A stretch of 38,424 bases of DNA, taken from positions 1-38,424 of IMG/VR virus record IMGVR_UViG_3300031519_000075; one strand, written 5' to 3'. Position numbers and translations under genes: made by a program. The notes under the pieces are model-generated. The model was given only the letters and a program-made list of their open reading frames with translations, did not search any database and was not told the DNA's origin. Of the stretch, positions 35,268 through 38,424 are shown in pieces. This DNA is from a virus. Taxonomy: Duplodnaviria > Caudoviricetes. The stretch's first letter is position 1, and every line of letters starts with the position of its first letter.

Positions 35268-36071
35268 TTACTTGTTGAAGTTGTGTAGTACTGTTACTGG
35301 CTTTTCTAAATCAACTGGAGATGTAAACGACAAATACCAACCTGGAACATAAGGTCCTGTAACTGTGCCTACCTTTAAAATATAACCAGTATTTGGACTA
35401 TAATTTGCTATGTTTGCACCTGATGTATCTACTGCAAGTTCTAATCGTGTTGTGCTAGGAGCACTAACAACATTATGACTGCCTGGAGAACTACTATCAT
35501 CAGTATTAACATTTTCTAAATTATCGTCAATACTACTTTCTACTTGACTTACATATACTTCGTCGCCTGCAACTAACCCGTGTGCGCCCGAAACTTCAAT
35601 AACTGTAGTTGTTCCTATACTTACAATACTAGAAACTTCTAATCTATTACCTGGATTTTGTGTTAGTGTGTAGTTAGTGCCGTATATTTGAAACACATTT
35701 TCTACTAAAACTAATAAGTCTGTAGAGCCACCGCTTGTTTGTGGGGCAGGATAATCAGTGTCTCCGTTATCTAACGGACCAAATAGTGTTTCAATTTGGT
35801 CACCACTTCCCATATTTTGTTGTACAATATCTCTAGGTTCTTTGTATCTAACTTTTCGCCAGGCACTGTTTTGATAAAACTCAAATTCATTGTCTGTTGT
35901 ATTATAACGCATATGTCCGTTAGTAGCGTTATCAGGTCTCTGTGCATCTGTACCTACGGGAATACGCATTACATTAGTACTGTCAACAACTACTTGATCG
36001 TTAACGTCATACTTAACGCCCTTGCCGTAGATGTTACGTAAATTGGTATTTTGACCTTTTAATAGTCTCAT
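35268..36071 (-). CDS. Virion structural protein
   Basis: IPVGTDAQRP...GHMRYNT....FEFY...W motif shared with the C-termini of the two large fibre proteins; LVLVENVFQ motif; HGL..GD.V beta domain. Confidence 0.7.
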   Translation of the reverse strand: MRLLKGQNTNLRNIYGKGVKYDVNDQVVVDSTNVMRIPVGTDAQRPDNATNGHMRYNTTDNEFEFYQNSAWRKVRYKEPRDIVQQNMGSGDQIETLFGPLDNGDTDYPAPQTSGGSTDLLVLVENVFQIYGTNYTLTQNPGNRLEVSSIVSIGTTTVIEVSGAHGLVAGDEVYVSQVESSIDDNLENVNTDDSSSPGSHNVVSAPSTTRLELAVDTSGANIANYSPNTGYILKVGTVTGPYVPGWYLSFTSPVDLEKPVTVLHNFNK

Positions 36072-36074
36072 TGA

Positions 36075-36431
36075 TTAAACTTCCAAATAACTTACTGTTG
36101 CTGCAAGATCAGTAGTACCTGCGCCAAGATTTGGCTCTGCAACAAAACTAACAATATCACCTGCACCTAATACAATTCTTTCTGAATCAAACGTAAATGT
36201 TTCGCCTGCTGGTAATGTTAACTGCCTAACAACAGTAGTTCTAACATTACTCAATGCTTGTCCGCTTGGTATTAAGTGTAAATCAAAAATTGCGTCATGT
36301 GATGCTGCATCCCCTGCACCAGGGTCATATGTGTTGCATACTAAAATGTTAGTAATTGCATATTGTTTTTCAGCCGGTACAGTTATAATGTCTAACTGCG
36401 CTGAAGTAAGTGTTTGATTTACTATTGCCAT
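36075..36431 (-). CDS. Small virion structural protein (paralogue of 11028-11348 and 25937-26266)
   Basis: TVPA...AITNILVCN...LPAGETFTF..ERIVL..GD...SYLEV. AAAAGGA SD. Confidence 0.7.
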   Translation of the reverse strand: MAIVNQTLTSAQLDIITVPAEKQYAITNILVCNTYDPGAGDAASHDAIFDLHLIPSGQALSNVRTTVVRQLTLPAGETFTFDSERIVLGAGDIVSFVAEPNLGAGTTDLAATVSYLEV

Positions 36432-36443
36432 TTGTTTTTCCTT

Positions 36444-37475
36444 TTAAAATAGCATACTAAAAATTAGTGCTCTATTTTTACTTATTATTTCGTCTGCGGT
36501 ATTGCTTTTATTTACAAAATATATACCAGTACCGCCTTTGTCTTCTGTTTTAGAATATATTTTTACGCCTTCTAGCGGAGCAGTAGGATCAACTAAAGTA
36601 TCATCATCTGACGGAGTTTCTGTTATCTCTAATATATCTTTTATTTTAACACTACCAGTTCCTGGTGCTGATAAGCTAAGATCATCATTACTTATTACTG
36701 TTGATATCTCGTTATCCAATATCTGTATATTTGAAACTTGAACTCTATTAGAATAAAAACTAGCAGTTATTAGTCCATCTACTGTTGCTACTATAACACT
36801 TTCGTCGCCAGTAACACTTTTGTCTTGAGTTGCTAACCTAGTATCACTTTGCTCAATTGCTGTCTGTAAGTTTGATGCTAATGAATAAGTTACATAATCA
36901 ACAACGCCTCTTGCATTTGGTATAAAATCATCGTTAATGGGAGCTGCATTAGTTATTGCTGAACCTGTATATGTAAATACATTTTTCTCGTAATCAGTTG
37001 TTCCTGCTACGTTGATAGCACTATTAGGTGTACTAATATATAACGGACCTTGTGCAGATATTGTATTAAAACTTACTGGTAAAAATTGATCAGCTTCGTT
37101 TTTAAAAATAAATCCACCAGTGCCGCTTGAGCCACCAGTATTAAATGGAACAGTTTCATTAAAGACTATTCTAGCTGTAGGCTGACTTCCTCTATCAATT
37201 TCGATACCACCTTGGCTACCAAGTGCAACCGGTATACCAGTTCCGTCACCGGCTCCTGAGTTTAAAGTAATGATGTTGTCAGTAATAGTAGTTACTGTTG
37301 ATTCAACAGTAGTCTGAATACCTTTAACTTCTAAGTCCCCAGTAATTACTACCTTGCCTCTATTTGTAGTGTAGCCGCCAGTAGTATCAAGAGTAATTAA
37401 CCCACCACTGCCGTCAGCAGGGTTGTCTACTATAATCTTATAATTTCCGTCTTTTACTCTTAATACTTTTGACAT
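36444..37475 (-). CDS. Virion structural/fibre-like protein
   Basis: ITGDLEVKG.QTTVEST...ITDNIITLN.G...GIEIDRG motif common in phage fibre proteins. Confidence 0.7.
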   Translation of the reverse strand: MSKVLRVKDGNYKIIVDNPADGSGGLITLDTTGGYTTNRGKVVITGDLEVKGIQTTVESTVTTITDNIITLNSGAGDGTGIPVALGSQGGIEIDRGSQPTARIVFNETVPFNTGGSSGTGGFIFKNEADQFLPVSFNTISAQGPLYISTPNSAINVAGTTDYEKNVFTYTGSAITNAAPINDDFIPNARGVVDYVTYSLASNLQTAIEQSDTRLATQDKSVTGDESVIVATVDGLITASFYSNRVQVSNIQILDNEISTVISNDDLSLSAPGTGSVKIKDILEITETPSDDDTLVDPTAPLEGVKIYSKTEDKGGTGIYFVNKSNTADEIISKNRALIFSMLF

Positions 37476-37490
37476 TCTTTAATCCTAGTT

Positions 37491-37528
37491 AAAAAGTATG
37501 GGGGAATTTAATCCCCCAAACTATTTTT
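37491..37528 (-). terminator. Intrinsic terminator after the 37534-38172 gene
   Basis: Minus strand reads tggggga-ttaaat-tccccca-tacttttt. Confidence 0.8.
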
Positions 37529-37533
37529 ACTCT

Positions 37534-38172
37534 TTACTCAAACTGATCTGAACCAGCTAGTTCTTGTGTTACTGTACCTGCACTACCATAAGTAGTGAAT
37601 CCACTTGTATCAACACCAATTGTAAATGCTGTTGCACTAGTCGTAGTAATTGTATATACTAAGTCGTTAAGCTCAACCATGCCAACTACGCCAGTAATTC
37701 TTACTGTGTCGCCGGTTACTAGTAGATGGTTTGCTGTACATGTAATTGCACCTGGATCTGCTTTAGTACATGCGTTCATTGTTAATGCTGCAACTTCTGA
37801 TGCATCACCAGCTTCTTCCATTTCAGCTATACCCGCTGTACCGCCTGCGTTAAATGCATCAAATGCCCAACCCAAAGTATTGGCATCGTCCATTGTTAGT
37901 TTACGTCCTGCAATTTTAATAACCTGGCGTACTGTGCCGCCATCGTCTTTAACTACAATACTCATTTCGCCTGCTGCAATAGCGCCAGCTGCTTTGTCTA
38001 CTAAGAAACAATCTTTTTCAATTACGCCATCTGTGCAACGGAATTTCTTTGATCCAAGTTGCTTAACAATATAACCGTTTACTGATCCAGTTCCGTTATG
38101 GAACTGTACTTTGATTTCGTTGCCGCCGGCTGTTGGTGCTCCAAAATATTTCTTGTTTAGTGGTCTTCCCAT
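37534..38172 (-). CDS. Virion protein (212 aa, start MGRPLNKKYFG) with a C-terminal E1-FCCH-like beta domain
   Basis: AAAGGAG SD 8 nt before ATG 38172. C-terminal HLLVTGDTVRITGVVGMVELND...FTIGVDTSGFTTY..G pattern. Confidence 0.75.
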   Translation of the reverse strand: MGRPLNKKYFGAPTAGGNEIKVQFHNGTGSVNGYIVKQLGSKKFRCTDGVIEKDCFLVDKAAGAIAAGEMSIVVKDDGGTVRQVIKIAGRKLTMDDANTLGWAFDAFNAGGTAGIAEMEEAGDASEVAALTMNACTKADPGAITCTANHLLVTGDTVRITGVVGMVELNDLVYTITTTSATAFTIGVDTSGFTTYGSAGTVTQELAGSDQFE

Positions 38173-38260
38173 TTGTTTATCTCCTTTAAAACGTTCTAGG
38201 TTTACGCAGTGGGTCATTTCTGCATAAGTCCGCAATATACGGCACGATTTATGACACAAG
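38173..38260 (-). ncRNA. Candidate structured 5' leader RNA
   Basis: Hairpins CCGTA-tat-TGCGG and TTATGCAG-aaatgaccca-CTGCGTAA. The 5' GTCAT is complementary to ATGAC in the second loop. Confidence 0.45.
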
Positions 38261-38267
38261 TATTTAT
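38261..38267 (-). promoter_or_regulatory. Late promoter-like motif (G)ATAAATA
   Basis: Lies immediately after an upstream terminator and in front of the structured leader. Confidence 0.65.
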
Positions 38268-38270
38268 CCG

Positions 38271-38305
38271 AAAAGAGAAAAGGTCCACACTAGGTGAACC
38301 TTTTC
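38271..38305 (-). terminator. Intrinsic terminator
   Basis: Minus strand reads gaaaaggttcac-ctagt-gtggaccttttc-tctttt. Confidence 0.75.
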
Positions 38306-38424
38306 GTTTAAATATGGGTGATAGGTTGGGATTAATGATTACCAACAACTCCTTATCAACTCATTTATAAGTCGGAGCGCCTAACATCGAACCGTTAAGT
38401 CCAAAATCCATATCTTCGTATCTC

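Noticed and set aside
11486-38074. Numerous + strand ORFs (60-195 aa) antisense to the structural genes, e.g. 12092-12565, 26257-26844, 37595-38074
   Set aside because: They are shadow ORFs fully or largely overlapping long, motif-rich minus-strand genes. They lack recognisable motifs and are explained by codon bias of the real strand.
38173-38259. N-terminal extension MCHKSCR... of the 241-aa ORF call
   Set aside because: A strong AAAGGAG SD precedes ATG 38172. The GTG at 38259 abuts the promoter motif and has no SD, so the region looks like a structured leader.
1-38424. Stop-codon reassignment, introns, inteins or tRNA genes
   Set aside because: Genes tile densely under the standard code without interruptions, and no intein, homing endonuclease or cloverleaf signature was recognised.

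Overview
This is a 38.4-kb AT-rich segment of a large tailed dsDNA bacteriophage, probably T4-like or jumbo myovirus type. The assignment is inferred from gene content and a recurring (G/T)ATAAATA late-promoter motif; the host cannot be determined. It holds two convergent late modules. (1) 173-7150 (+) is a tightly packed enzyme operon: five 2OG-Fe(II) oxygenases, three dUTPase-fold-like paralogues and a flavin-dependent tryptophan halogenase. It starts inside a 27-bp inverted repeat that also starts a divergent gene. (2) 38172-7211 (-) is a virion/fibre module: four giant paralogous beta-helix-type proteins (1345-2690 aa), three tandem C1q-domain fibre proteins and several small structural paralogues. 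The most striking observation is that the 2690-aa protein carries six helical repeats, the central four spaced 158-160 aa apart. Their core (K-C-x-R/Q-D-h-G-...-Y-D-...-GG) aligns without gaps to the bilin-attachment helix of phycobiliproteins, suggesting a chromophore-bearing virion protein. Also seen: a 7-blade FG-GAP propeller and a degenerate cupredoxin-like domain inserted into fibre scaffolds, and two candidate structured 5' leaders. No tRNA, CRISPR array, integrase or reverse transcriptase was recognised. All family assignments come from motif recognition by eye, not from database searches.
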